16,267 nt of DNA from NCBI RefSeq assembly GCF_002954445.1, contig NZ_MQWA01000001.1, positions 2,696,192 through 2,712,458 on the forward strand, written 5' to 3'. Positions 6,067 to 14,663 of the stretch are shown here, one piece after another (within the stretch, counting starts at the first letter, position 1; every line of letters begins with the position of its first letter). Below the pieces are notes generated by a model, which was not told where the DNA came from, ran no database searches, and saw only the letters and a program-made list of their open reading frames with translations. The DNA is from Rubritalea profundi (GTDB lineage: Bacteria > Verrucomicrobiota > Verrucomicrobiia > Verrucomicrobiales > Akkermansiaceae). The position numbers were made by a program, and so were the translations under genes.

Positions 6067-6704
6067 CGTCGGCGATTGTTCAAAAAGAACCGAACGCTGA
6101 AGAGGTAGCGAGAGCATTTATCGCCGAGATAAATGTGGAGAAACGGCTGACAATGGTACGAAATAGGGAAGTGGTGAAAACGCATCTAAGCAGTTATACG
6201 GAAGAGGCGCTTAAAGAACCAGGTGTGGAGATCCGAGAAATGATGCGCAGGACTTTTGGAGACAAAGAGAGGACGTCTTATGCTGTGAGTTTTACCAGCG
6301 GTAGTCTACGGCTGCTCAATGTGCTAGAGACTGATGAGGGACCTAAGGTGGACTGGGATAGCTACGCACGCTACTGCTCTGTTAGCTGGGACACCCTAAC
6401 CAACGGGGAAAGTGTTGATCCAGCTCTCGTGCGGGTTTTTGTGCGACCAGGGAGTCATTACGCAGGTGAATACCTGGATCAAAAGAAGTGGCTGTGCTTC
6501 CAGCTAGAAACACCCGACTGTGGCGAGACTCTCTATGCCTACGGAAAAGTAGGTGAAGAAAATGCCGAGAAAATGAAGGAGATTGTGCTGCGAGCTAAGA
6601 ACTATCGACAGCACATGACTCTGGAGCTGGAGGCTAAGGGAAAGCTAGATGGCGCATGTCTGTTCGAGGTGAAGAGGCTTGTGACTGTTGGCTGGGTGGA
6701 GTAG
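6018..6704 (+). CDS. Hypothetical protein (no family recognised) adjacent to the DGR
   Basis: Long open frame (5967-6704 in the track, first ATG at 6018). Its CTA-Leu/AGR-Arg codon style matches avd and RT. Confidence 0.6.
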   Translation: MLSGGEEEVVADRQVVASAIVQKEPNAEEVARAFIAEINVEKRLTMVRNREVVKTHLSSYTEEALKEPGVEIREMMRRTFGDKERTSYAVSFTSGSLRLLNVLETDEGPKVDWDSYARYCSVSWDTLTNGESVDPALVRVFVRPGSHYAGEYLDQKKWLCFQLETPDCGETLYAYGKVGEENAEKMKEIVLRAKNYRQHMTLELEAKGKLDGACLFEVKRLVTVGWVE

Positions 6705-6726
6705 CGGCGTCATGGATGACCGTAGA

Positions 6727-8313
6727 TCAACCGTGAGTGGGATGGGGCAGCTTATGGCTATCTAGCTCGATGACATCTTCCGCAAATTGGATGCCAGCCT
6801 GGGATTTTAGGCTCCACGCTTTGTCGATCCCTGCCGATTCTAAGGCTTGAGCTTGGTCGTCATAATCGGAAACTGCAAATCGTACAGCCCCCAGATGCTG
6901 GCTGAGTTTCGTAACCGCGATATTGGTTTCGTGGTCATGCATCGCCAATAGGAGCATTCTCACATTCCCTAGTGACAGGCGATGCCAGAATTCTTCATTC
7001 GTCGCGTCAGCTAGAATTACTTTGCGGTCGTTCTCTCTGTGCCCAGAGACAACAGACGAGTCAGTATCGACGCCCACTATAACCTCGCCAAATTCCTTAA
7101 CGAGCGTGTCGTAGGCTCCACAGCCAATGCTGGCCATGCCGATGATGACGATCTGAGTGGCGGTTGGTACGACAGCAGAATCCTCCTGTAGAATGTTATC
7201 AGATTGGTGGCTGTCGAACTTTGTTTTGTATCGGCTATAGATGGCGCGAGCGTGGTTGTTGAGTGGGGATGCGGCAATAAATGTGAAGGTGAGTGCCAGT
7301 GCTATAACCACCACCCAATCTCCGCTGAGCCATTGGTTGGCTAGGGCCACGGAAGCCACGATTAGGCCAAACTCACTGAAGTTTGCTAAATTGAACGAAC
7401 TCAGCACTGCCGTACGGGAGCGAAGCCTCAACTTGGTAAATAGCCAGAAGAATAGGACTACCTTCAGGACTGCTGCGAGGGCGAGTACGCTAGCTGTTAG
7501 GACTGTAGCGGTAGTGATCGAGCCAGACATGCCGATGCTCAAGAAGAAGCCGACAAGTAAGAGTTCCTTGAAGCTCAATAGCTTTTTAGCCATCGAGTTG
7601 GCAGAGGGGTGAGCCGCAAGCATTGCTCCAAAGATCAGCGCTCCAAGGTCTCCTTTCACACTGACTAACTCAAAGAGAAAGGCTCCGCCAAAGGCTATGC
7701 TTAGACCGAGTAGAGCCATCAGCTCACCATGGCCGACATCGCTCATAACTCGGAGCAGGAATCGACGCAATGGGATAAGTAAAATCAAAGCCAGCGCCCA
7801 CGGTGACGGCGCTTTACCTGTCGAAAGGGCAAGAAATAGGATAGCGAAGATATCCTGCATGACCAGTACGCCAATGGCGATCTGACCATGGCGGGAGCAC
7901 ATTTCTCCTTTTTCTTCCAAGGTCTTGATTGCAAAGACTGTACTGGAAAAACTCAGAGCAAAGGCGATCAGAATGGCTGTGGTGAAGCCTACGTCGACGA
8001 GCAGAGCAACACCTGTGAAGCTCATGCAGAAAATTGCGAGGCCAAACAGAGCCACCGTGACAAGCATGTGTAGTGAGGTTCCCGCCCAAATCACGGGTTT
8101 TAGCAAGGAACGAACATCGAGTTTGAGCCCGATGGAAAACAACAGGAGTGTCACACCCATGTTGCCGATGCTTGCTAGGTTCACGCTGTTGCCATCGACG
8201 AATAGATTTAGCAAGAAACCGCCCGCTAGGTAGCCAATCATCGGTGGTAGGCCGAAGCGGGTGGCGACCAAACCAAAAATGAGGGCTGGGCCGATCCAGG
8301 CTAAATCATTCAT
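6727..8313 (-). CDS. CPA2-family cation:proton antiporter with C-terminal TrkA-N/RCK domain (KefB/YbaL-like)
   Basis: Multi-TM Na+/H+-exchanger-like region followed by the Rossmann motif IVIIGMASIGCGAYDTL. The ORF is open to 8406. Starting at 8313 (MNDLAWIGPALIFG) avoids a 59-nt overlap with the upstream gene. Confidence 0.85.
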   Translation of the reverse strand: MNDLAWIGPALIFGLVATRFGLPPMIGYLAGGFLLNLFVDGNSVNLASIGNMGVTLLLFSIGLKLDVRSLLKPVIWAGTSLHMLVTVALFGLAIFCMSFTGVALLVDVGFTTAILIAFALSFSSTVFAIKTLEEKGEMCSRHGQIAIGVLVMQDIFAILFLALSTGKAPSPWALALILLIPLRRFLLRVMSDVGHGELMALLGLSIAFGGAFLFELVSVKGDLGALIFGAMLAAHPSANSMAKKLLSFKELLLVGFFLSIGMSGSITTATVLTASVLALAAVLKVVLFFWLFTKLRLRSRTAVLSSFNLANFSEFGLIVASVALANQWLSGDWVVVIALALTFTFIAASPLNNHARAIYSRYKTKFDSHQSDNILQEDSAVVPTATQIVIIGMASIGCGAYDTLVKEFGEVIVGVDTDSSVVSGHRENDRKVILADATNEEFWHRLSLGNVRMLLLAMHDHETNIAVTKLSQHLGAVRFAVSDYDDQAQALESAGIDKAWSLKSQAGIQFAEDVIELDSHKLPHPTHG

Positions 8314-8347
8314 GATGGCTATAGAAGATTGGGGGAGGGTGGAATGG

Positions 8348-9517
8348 TTAGCGAATGTTCGCTTTGGCCATTTCGTCGATAAGGACGTCGCGGAGTTCTT
8401 GCTCATCGAGGCCTCCAGTTTTACGCCAGACTACTGTGCCTCCTGGGGCAATGAGCAGAGTGTGCGGGATAGGGCCTTGCCATTTTGGATCGATCGCATT
8501 GGCCAGAGCTTCGAGGTCACCACCACGGTAATGGAAGTTGTTGGTCTTGCGTCCTTCTTTTTCCACAGATTTCTTGGTCCATCTGGCGAGTGGGAGGTGT
8601 TGTTCCTTGATGAAGCTTGAAACTGAATCCGCATCTTTCTTAGGATCAATCGAGATAGTGATGAGTTCAAACGGACGCAGAGAATGGCGTTGGTAGGTTT
8701 CTACCAGCATTGGAAACTCAGCGACACAAGGACCACAGCTGGTCGACCAGAGATTGATGAGGCGCATTTTTCCAGTGTCGTTTTTAGCGAGCTTCGTGGC
8801 GAGTTCTACATCGATAGCTTCAACGGAGATTGGAAGGGCATTCCATTGCTTATTGTATTGATCGACGAGTTCAGACTTTCCCTTCCACTTAGTGGAGCAA
8901 CCGAAGACGCGGGTCTTAGCTTCAGGAACGGGCTTTCCTGCTAGAAGTGCATCCATCGTATTGAGGACGGTTTTCTTTTTCGCTGGACCTGGGTCGCGCT
9001 TGGCGTCGTCAAAATGTCCTTGGTAGAGGAGCTTTCTCTCGGGACCGAAGATGAAGACGTGGGGTGTGGCGACTGCTCCGTAGGCGATTGAGGCCGTCTG
9101 ATTTTCGCCGTCGTAGAGGTAAGGGTGTGACAGCTCGTATTCTTTTGCCACGGCTTTCATTGATTTAAAGTCGTCGTTGTACTTTGAGTAGGCATTCTCC
9201 CAGATCTGGACGCCGGCCATCGACGCGCTGGAGATTGCTACGACCTCGACTCCTTTATCCGCGTAGTCTTTTGCGAACTGGTTGACCTTACCACGCGCAG
9301 CTATGGCGTCAGGGCAGTGATTGCAGGTAAAGACAGCGACAAGGTACTTAGCATCTTTAAAGGAGTTGAGTGTGTAGATTTTGCCATCGGTGGCTGGGAG
9401 TGAGAAATCCGGGGCTGATGCGCCGATTTCTAATGTGGTCACATTCTGAGGTGCCGCAGTGGCTGAAAATGTGAGACTAGCTACCGCGATTATTGCGGTG
9501 AGTGGTTTGGTGATCAT
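8348..9517 (-). CDS. Secreted two-domain thioredoxin-fold protein (AhpC/TSA-redoxin domain plus TlpA-like domain)
   Basis: 389 aa with a signal peptide (MITKPLTAIIAVASLTFSATAAP). Two CxxC centres are present: FTCNHCPD and WSTSCGPCVAEFP. Confidence 0.8.
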   Translation of the reverse strand: MITKPLTAIIAVASLTFSATAAPQNVTTLEIGASAPDFSLPATDGKIYTLNSFKDAKYLVAVFTCNHCPDAIAARGKVNQFAKDYADKGVEVVAISSASMAGVQIWENAYSKYNDDFKSMKAVAKEYELSHPYLYDGENQTASIAYGAVATPHVFIFGPERKLLYQGHFDDAKRDPGPAKKKTVLNTMDALLAGKPVPEAKTRVFGCSTKWKGKSELVDQYNKQWNALPISVEAIDVELATKLAKNDTGKMRLINLWSTSCGPCVAEFPMLVETYQRHSLRPFELITISIDPKKDADSVSSFIKEQHLPLARWTKKSVEKEGRKTNNFHYRGGDLEALANAIDPKWQGPIPHTLLIAPGGTVVWRKTGGLDEQELRDVLIDEMAKANIR

Positions 9518-9572
9518 AGTGGGTAGTTAATTAAGTTAGCTTAATGACTTGGGCCAGAAACATGTTCTTCGC

Positions 9573-9597
9573 GGGTGATTATGTATAGTAATCACCC
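9573..9597. promoter_or_regulatory. Perfect 9-7-9 inverted repeat in a divergent promoter region (candidate operator)
   Basis: GGGTGATTA-tgtatag-TAATCACCC. It lies 56 nt from the redoxin start and 79 nt upstream of the rpsN ATG. Confidence 0.35.
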
Positions 9598-9675
9598 AGC
9601 TAGAAGGAAGAACTTCAGAAAAAGACCAAAAATGTCTTGATTGACGAGAGGTTCTAGATACACATCGCAATCCCT

Positions 9676-9944
9676 ATGGCAAAGAAGAGCTGGATCGCGC
9701 GGAACGAGCGCAAAAAGAAAACTGTAGCTAAGTATGCGAAACTTCGTGAGCAACTTAAGCAAGACAAAGATTATGTTGGACTAACTATGCTTCCACGTGA
9801 TGCATCGCCAACACGCGTTGTAAACCGTTGTGAGTACACAGGACGTCGTCACGGTTTCCTACGTCGCTTTAAGCTTTCTCGTATTGCTTTCCGCGAACTT
9901 GCATCACACGGGATGATCCGGGTGTTACCAAGTCCTCTTGGTAG
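9676..9944 (+). CDS. rpsN: 30S ribosomal protein S14, long non-zinc (C-minus) form; frame broken by an apparent 1-nt loss at ~9918
   Basis: MAKKSWIARNERKKK...LPRDASPTRVVNRCEYTGRRHGFLRRFKLSRIAFRELASHGMI, after which the tracked frame diverges. Restoring one C (atc ccg ggt) gives PGVTKSSW and a stop at 9942-9944, the canonical S14 C-terminus (89 aa). Confidence 0.9.
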
Positions 9945-9982
9945 TCGGCACTACAGTGCTATAGACACAAATTTTTTATAAG

Positions 9983-10015
9983 CGTGAGATGGTGAGATAC
10001 CCATCTCACGTTTTT
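9983..10015 (+). terminator. Rho-independent terminator after rpsN
   Basis: Perfect 10-bp stem CGTGAGATGG/CCATCTCACG with an 8-nt loop, followed by TTTTT. Confidence 0.85.
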
Positions 10016-10054
10016 ATGTTTATTTTTGTCTACGTTATCACCCATACTTAGAAT

Positions 10055-10315
10055 ATGCCTTTATACGAATACATATCCAAATCTGCCGGTGTAGCTGGTA
10101 AGAGTTGTCGTATGTGTTCTAAAGGTTTCGAGCTAAGACGACCAGTGGATAGAGCCCCTTTGGAGGTTTGCCCACTTTGTAAACACCCAGTGAAAAAAGT
10201 GATCAGTCTGACTAATACCCCGACCATCACCAAACCAATGTCCACTATTGATGCGAAGAACGCTGGATTCACAGTTCTTGAAAAACGTATTGATGGAAAC
10301 TACGAAAAATTGTAA
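10055..10315 (+). CDS. FmdB-family zinc-ribbon protein (CxxC...CxxC)
   Basis: 86 aa with the MPLYEY N-terminus typical of the family. Cysteine pairs: CRMC and CPLC. Confidence 0.75.
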   Translation: MPLYEYISKSAGVAGKSCRMCSKGFELRRPVDRAPLEVCPLCKHPVKKVISLTNTPTITKPMSTIDAKNAGFTVLEKRIDGNYEKL

Positions 10316-10410
10316 ACGGTTGGAATTCCAACAACTGGGTTGATAGGACATCAACCACTCCCAGCGACTGCCAGAGATTCAAAGAACCACCATGGCAGTT
10401 GTGATCGCTA

Positions 10411-11862
10411 ATGAATACACTAGAAATTGAGCCTTACAGTATGATGCTGCAGAGTAGTCTGCAGCTATTATCCTCCGCCACGACAGAGATCCCCACAGAG
10501 TGGCCATCGGTGACTTATACCGTATTTTTTGTGCTTGGGTGCGTGTTCTTTCTCTTGCTTAATGCATTTTTCGTGGCATCTGAATTCGCCATCGTCAAAG
10601 TGCGCCCTAGCCAGATTGATACGGCTAAAAAAGATTTCCCAGAGCGCGCAGCAAAGGCGCGTAAGATTGTTGATAATTTGGACGGCTACTTGTCTGCTAA
10701 CCAGCTGGGAATAACGATAGCTTCATTGGCACTAGGTCTTTTGGCTGAGCCTTATATCGCGGGAGTGCTGAACTACCTCCTGTTGAATCGTTTTTATGAA
10801 TGGACTGATGGCACAGTGGATCTACGTGAGTATCAGAGGTTTATTGGCGGTCTATCCTACTTCACAGCGCTGGCTCTGTTCACTGTGCTTCACGTGGTGA
10901 TTGGTGAGTTGATTCCGAAGGCGATCGCTATCCGCAAGCCATTAGAGACTACTCTAGCGCTGTCTAGGTGGTTGGATTATTTTTTCCTAGCCTTCTATCT
11001 ACCTATCAAATGGCTCAACGGGCTGGCGAATATCGTGTTGAAGAGGGTTTTCAAAATTGATCCATTGAGTGAGGCCGAGCACGCGCATAGCTCTGAGGAG
11101 TTGGCCTTGCTGGTAGAGGAAAGTGAGAAGAAGCATGAGGTTACGGAAACTGAACGCGAGATTCTGATCAATGCTCTGGAGCTCAATGATGTTTATGTGA
11201 AGGACGTCATGACGACCCGCAGTGATGTGGTGGCTCTCGATGTTGATGATTCTTTCCGTAAGAATCTCGATATTGCAAATCATACGAAGCACACACGGTT
11301 TCCTCTGATCAAAGGGCATCTCGACAATGCTATTGGCTTGATTCATATCAAAGATTTGTTGCGTTTCTCACACGATGATCAACCAGATTTGATGACGGTG
11401 AAGCGCGAGCTAAAGGTGGTTCCAGAGACTATGCCGCTCGATGTGTTGCTCAAATTCTTCCTTAAAGAGCACGCGCATTTGGCGATGGTCGTGGATGAAT
11501 TTGGTGATCCCGCTGGCCTAGTTTTCCTCGATAACGTGATCGAGGAGCTGGTTGGCGATATTCAAGATGAGTTTGACCAAGAGGTGAGCTCATTCACCCG
11601 TGTCAATAAAAGCGAATTCGTGGTGGAGGGCTCACTCACGCTCAATGAGCTTTCGGACCACGAGCCGAGAATTGCTTTGAATAGTAACGAGGTCACCACT
11701 GTCGGTGGTTACATCACTCAGCAGATGGGGAGAATCCCTGAACCTGGTGAAATCTGTGAAGTCGAGGGCTTTGAAGCGCGTGTGACCAGCACTGATGGCC
11801 GACGTGTCAGCCAAGTACATTTTAGGAAACTGCCAGAGCCTGAACCTGTTGAGGCAATCTAG
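10411..11862 (+). CDS. HlyC/CorC-family transporter (CNNM/DUF21 TM domain, CBS pair, CorC_HlyC domain)
   Basis: 483 aa. The TM region carries the ASEFAIVKVR and GELIPKA motifs. The central CBS pair includes VKDVMTTRSDV. C-terminus: TVGGYITQQMGRIPEPGE... Confidence 0.85.
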   Translation: MNTLEIEPYSMMLQSSLQLLSSATTEIPTEWPSVTYTVFFVLGCVFFLLLNAFFVASEFAIVKVRPSQIDTAKKDFPERAAKARKIVDNLDGYLSANQLGITIASLALGLLAEPYIAGVLNYLLLNRFYEWTDGTVDLREYQRFIGGLSYFTALALFTVLHVVIGELIPKAIAIRKPLETTLALSRWLDYFFLAFYLPIKWLNGLANIVLKRVFKIDPLSEAEHAHSSEELALLVEESEKKHEVTETEREILINALELNDVYVKDVMTTRSDVVALDVDDSFRKNLDIANHTKHTRFPLIKGHLDNAIGLIHIKDLLRFSHDDQPDLMTVKRELKVVPETMPLDVLLKFFLKEHAHLAMVVDEFGDPAGLVFLDNVIEELVGDIQDEFDQEVSSFTRVNKSEFVVEGSLTLNELSDHEPRIALNSNEVTTVGGYITQQMGRIPEPGEICEVEGFEARVTSTDGRRVSQVHFRKLPEPEPVEAI

Positions 11863-11923
11863 AGGTATAAATAACCGATAGATTAATAATCGACCTGTCT
11901 AAATTTTTAGTTAGAGTTACAGC

Positions 11924-12097
11924 ATGAGTGCGTCAGCAAATGAACCAATGATAGGCGGAGTGTGTTACACTCTAGCTAAGAAATTCAATATCGAAACTTG
12001 GATCATGAGAGTGATCTTTGTGTGTTCAGTAGTCTTCGCAGGTATCGGACTTATCCCATATATTATTTTATGGGTCTTCATGCCGAAAGCGCCGTAG
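11924..12097 (+). CDS. PspC-domain small membrane protein
   Basis: 57-aa ORF absent from the supplied track: MSASANEPMIGGVCYTLAKKFNIETWIMRVIFVCSVVFAGIGLIPYIILWVFMPKAP. This matches the PspC-domain pattern (GVC..LA..F......R..F........G.....Y..LW..MP). Confidence 0.7.
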   Translation: MSASANEPMIGGVCYTLAKKFNIETWIMRVIFVCSVVFAGIGLIPYIILWVFMPKAP

Positions 12098-12120
12098 AAG
12101 AACCATCTTGGTTCTTTCTG
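12098..12120 (+). terminator. Possible weak terminator after the PspC-domain gene
   Basis: AAGAACCA-tct-TGGTTCTT forms an 8-bp AT-rich stem, followed by the T-rich TCTGTAATTTCT. Confidence 0.35.
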
Positions 12121-12200
12121 TAATTTCTCAAGCGAATCAAAGACGCTTCGTGTCGCTTTCTTATTCCACCGGGCTCTAGAAGAGGTGAGAGACTAATCCG

Positions 12201-13520
12201 TTAGTCCTTGCTGCGTGGTGGGCGCTTTGCTTTAGAACCACTTCGTCCCCCACCGCTAAACTTTCGCTTGGCGGGCCTTTTTTCAGCACTGCCGCGAGGC
12301 GGACGAGGTCCTCGTTCTTTAATCATTTTATTGCGACGCGCATCACGTGCTTTTTGCACTTCATGGGTGGTTGGCATGCGGGCTGGCCATTCTTTCGGCT
12401 CATAGCCTTTTCTTATTTCTAGTTCGATGCTCTGACCGATTAGTTGCTGAATGTCTGTGAAGAATGCGCGCTCCTCATTACTCACTAATGAAACTGCTTC
12501 ACCCTCTTGTCCGGCGCGGCCAGTGCGGCCAATACGGTGAATATAGTCTTCGGGGACATTGGGCAGTTCGTAGTTCATGACGTGGGGCAATTGATTGATA
12601 TCAATCCCACGTGCAGCGATATCGGTGGCAACCAGCACACGGATGCGGCCCGCTTTGAAATCATCCAGCGCTCGCACACGGGCATTCTGAGATTTTCCAC
12701 CGTGGATAGCGGCCGATTCGATCACTGAAGCGTTGAGGTGCTTAGTGAGCCTGTCAGCTCCATGCTTGGTGCGGGTGAAGACGAGCACTTGCTTCCACTT
12801 ACCTTTAGCGATGAGTGTGACGGCTAAGTTTGGTTTCTCAGCACCATCACAACGATAGGCACGTTGTTTGACTGTCTGGGCTGCGGTAGTCTTGTTATCG
12901 ACTTCAACAGAAACTGGGTCATTGAGGAATTCTTTGGTGAGCACGCGAATCTCTTTCGAGAAGGTGGCAGAGAAAAGTAGGTTCTGACGCTTTTTAGGAA
13001 GCAGCTTCACGATCTTGCGGATGTCACTGATAAATCCCATATCGAGCATTCTGTCCGCTTCGTCCAACACCAGCATTTCAACTGCCTCAAGATTGCAGAG
13101 GCCTTGGTCGCAAAGATCCAGAAGGCGGCCGGGTGTGGCAACGACAATGTCGACTCCATATTTCAAATCTTGGATCTGAGGGCCCGCACTCACTCCGCCA
13201 AAAAGCACTGTGTTCTTAAGCGATAGATATTTCCCGTAAAGGTTCAAGTTGTCTTGAATCTGAGCTGCAAGCTCACGCGTCGGAGTGATGATAAGAGCCT
13301 TGATCTGACGCTTACTAGAAGAAGACTTCGATAGAGCGTGCATGATCGGCAGAGTGAATGCCGCGGTCTTGCCTGTTCCCGTCTGGGCTGCAGCAAGCAC
13401 ATCTCTTCCCTTCAGTACCACGGGGATAGCCTTCAACTGAATAGGAGTAGGTTCTTTGTAGCCCTTTTGCTCTAAAGCTTTAACGATGGGTGCGGAGAGC
13501 CCTAGATTAGCGAATGTCAT
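12201..13520 (-). CDS. rhlE: DEAD-box ATP-dependent RNA helicase (RhlE-like) with a basic C-terminal tail
   Basis: Helicase motifs present: Q motif (TPIQ), AQTGTGKT, PTRELA, DEAD, SAT and HRIGRTGRAG. The likely start is MTFANLGL at 13520. The ORF is open to 13556. Confidence 0.9.
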   Translation of the reverse strand: MTFANLGLSAPIVKALEQKGYKEPTPIQLKAIPVVLKGRDVLAAAQTGTGKTAAFTLPIMHALSKSSSSKRQIKALIITPTRELAAQIQDNLNLYGKYLSLKNTVLFGGVSAGPQIQDLKYGVDIVVATPGRLLDLCDQGLCNLEAVEMLVLDEADRMLDMGFISDIRKIVKLLPKKRQNLLFSATFSKEIRVLTKEFLNDPVSVEVDNKTTAAQTVKQRAYRCDGAEKPNLAVTLIAKGKWKQVLVFTRTKHGADRLTKHLNASVIESAAIHGGKSQNARVRALDDFKAGRIRVLVATDIAARGIDINQLPHVMNYELPNVPEDYIHRIGRTGRAGQEGEAVSLVSNEERAFFTDIQQLIGQSIELEIRKGYEPKEWPARMPTTHEVQKARDARRNKMIKERGPRPPRGSAEKRPAKRKFSGGGRSGSKAKRPPRSKD

Positions 13521-13693
13521 ATAACTGGATAAGGATCTGGCAGGGACCAAACACAATTCCTAGTGAAATCATTTCTTTTTTGAGGGGCATCGCACAGGGT
13601 ATTGGTCGCTGTCATATCCGCAGATCTGGGTTTATTTATTGAGAGAGTTCTAAAAAACGTGCATCACGCCCGATTATTGAGTACTCGTTTTTC

Positions 13694-14443
13694 ATGAAAA
13701 TATTCACACTACTTCTAGCGATAGTGGCTCTTACCAGCGCTGCCACAGCACAGAAGAAAGAAGCTAAGCTTACCACTGTCATCCAGCCTAAATGGGTAAG
13801 TCTTTTCAACGGTGAAGATCTCTCAGGATGGGTCGATGTGAATACCAGTAAAGCCACTTGGAAGGCTGTTGATGGCGAGATGCACTGCACAGGGTTACCG
13901 ATCGGTGTGATGCGTTCTGAGAAAATGTATGAAAATTTTATTTTGGAAATTGAGTGGAAGCACATGAAGAAAAAGGGCAATAGCGGGGTCTTCCTGTGGT
14001 GTGATGCTGTCCCTGGTCGCAACAGGCTTCCAAGTGGCATGGAGGTTCAGATGCTAGAGCTGGACTGGATAAACAGGCCCAATGGAACTAAAGCACATCC
14101 CAGCTATATCTCAGGAGAACTATTTGGTGCTGGAAAGCTCACTGCAACTCCAGACAACCCGAGACCTGATAATCCCAAAGGTCCACGCAGTATGTCTAAG
14201 GAGTTTCGTTGTAAGGGAGTAGGCGAATGGAATCATTACAGCATCGTTGCTATCAATGGGACAGTAAACCTAAGTATCAATGGCAAGTTCGTGAACAGCA
14301 TTCGCAACAGTTCTAAAAAAAAAGGCTATCTCTGCCTTGAGGCTGAGGGCTCTGATGTGCGCTTTAGGAACATTCGCATCATCGAACTTCCTAGTGGCGT
14401 GATCACGCCCGAGGAAGTTGTGAAACCAATTACTAAAAAGTAA
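13694..14443 (+). CDS. Secreted DUF1080 (3-keto-disaccharide hydrolase-like) domain protein
   Basis: 249 aa with a signal peptide ([20 protein letters not shown]). Shows the DUF1080-like pattern: [46 protein letters not shown]. Confidence 0.75.
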   Translation: MKIFTLLLAIVALTSAATAQKKEAKLTTVIQPKWVSLFNGEDLSGWVDVNTSKATWKAVDGEMHCTGLPIGVMRSEKMYENFILEIEWKHMKKKGNSGVFLWCDAVPGRNRLPSGMEVQMLELDWINRPNGTKAHPSYISGELFGAGKLTATPDNPRPDNPKGPRSMSKEFRCKGVGEWNHYSIVAINGTVNLSINGKFVNSIRNSSKKKGYLCLEAEGSDVRFRNIRIIELPSGVITPEEVVKPITKK

Positions 14444-14663
14444 GGTTTTCACTAAGTAGCCTCATTTGTTGAATTTCTAGAGACTTTCTCAAGTGACCTT
14501 GGATTGTCTGAAGAAAGAACTAGGCAATGATTGCTTCCCGCCAATCGAAACATCCATTTTCGGCATACAGGTTGCGTTTTCATAAGCCATTGATAAGCTT
14601 ACTCGAAGGTGATCGAGAGCAAGGGTTGCAAATTGCTCAGCTTCGAGTTACCGATTTCCTGCT

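Noticed and set aside
6705-6726. Weak bulged hairpin (CGGCGTCA-tgga-TGACCG) between the convergent hypothetical and Kef-type genes
   Set aside because: The stem is short and bulged with no T-run. This is insufficient to call a terminator.
6923-8233. Multiple short ORFs on both strands inside the Kef-type antiporter gene, plus 8261-8620, 8431-8670 and 8684-8944 inside or next to the redoxin gene
   Set aside because: They are nested in well-supported CDSs, and none shows motifs of a known family.
13636-14040. 134-aa minus-strand ORF overlapping the DUF1080 gene start
   Set aside because: It overlaps a plus-strand CDS that has a clear signal peptide and domain pattern. Its own translation has no recognisable features.
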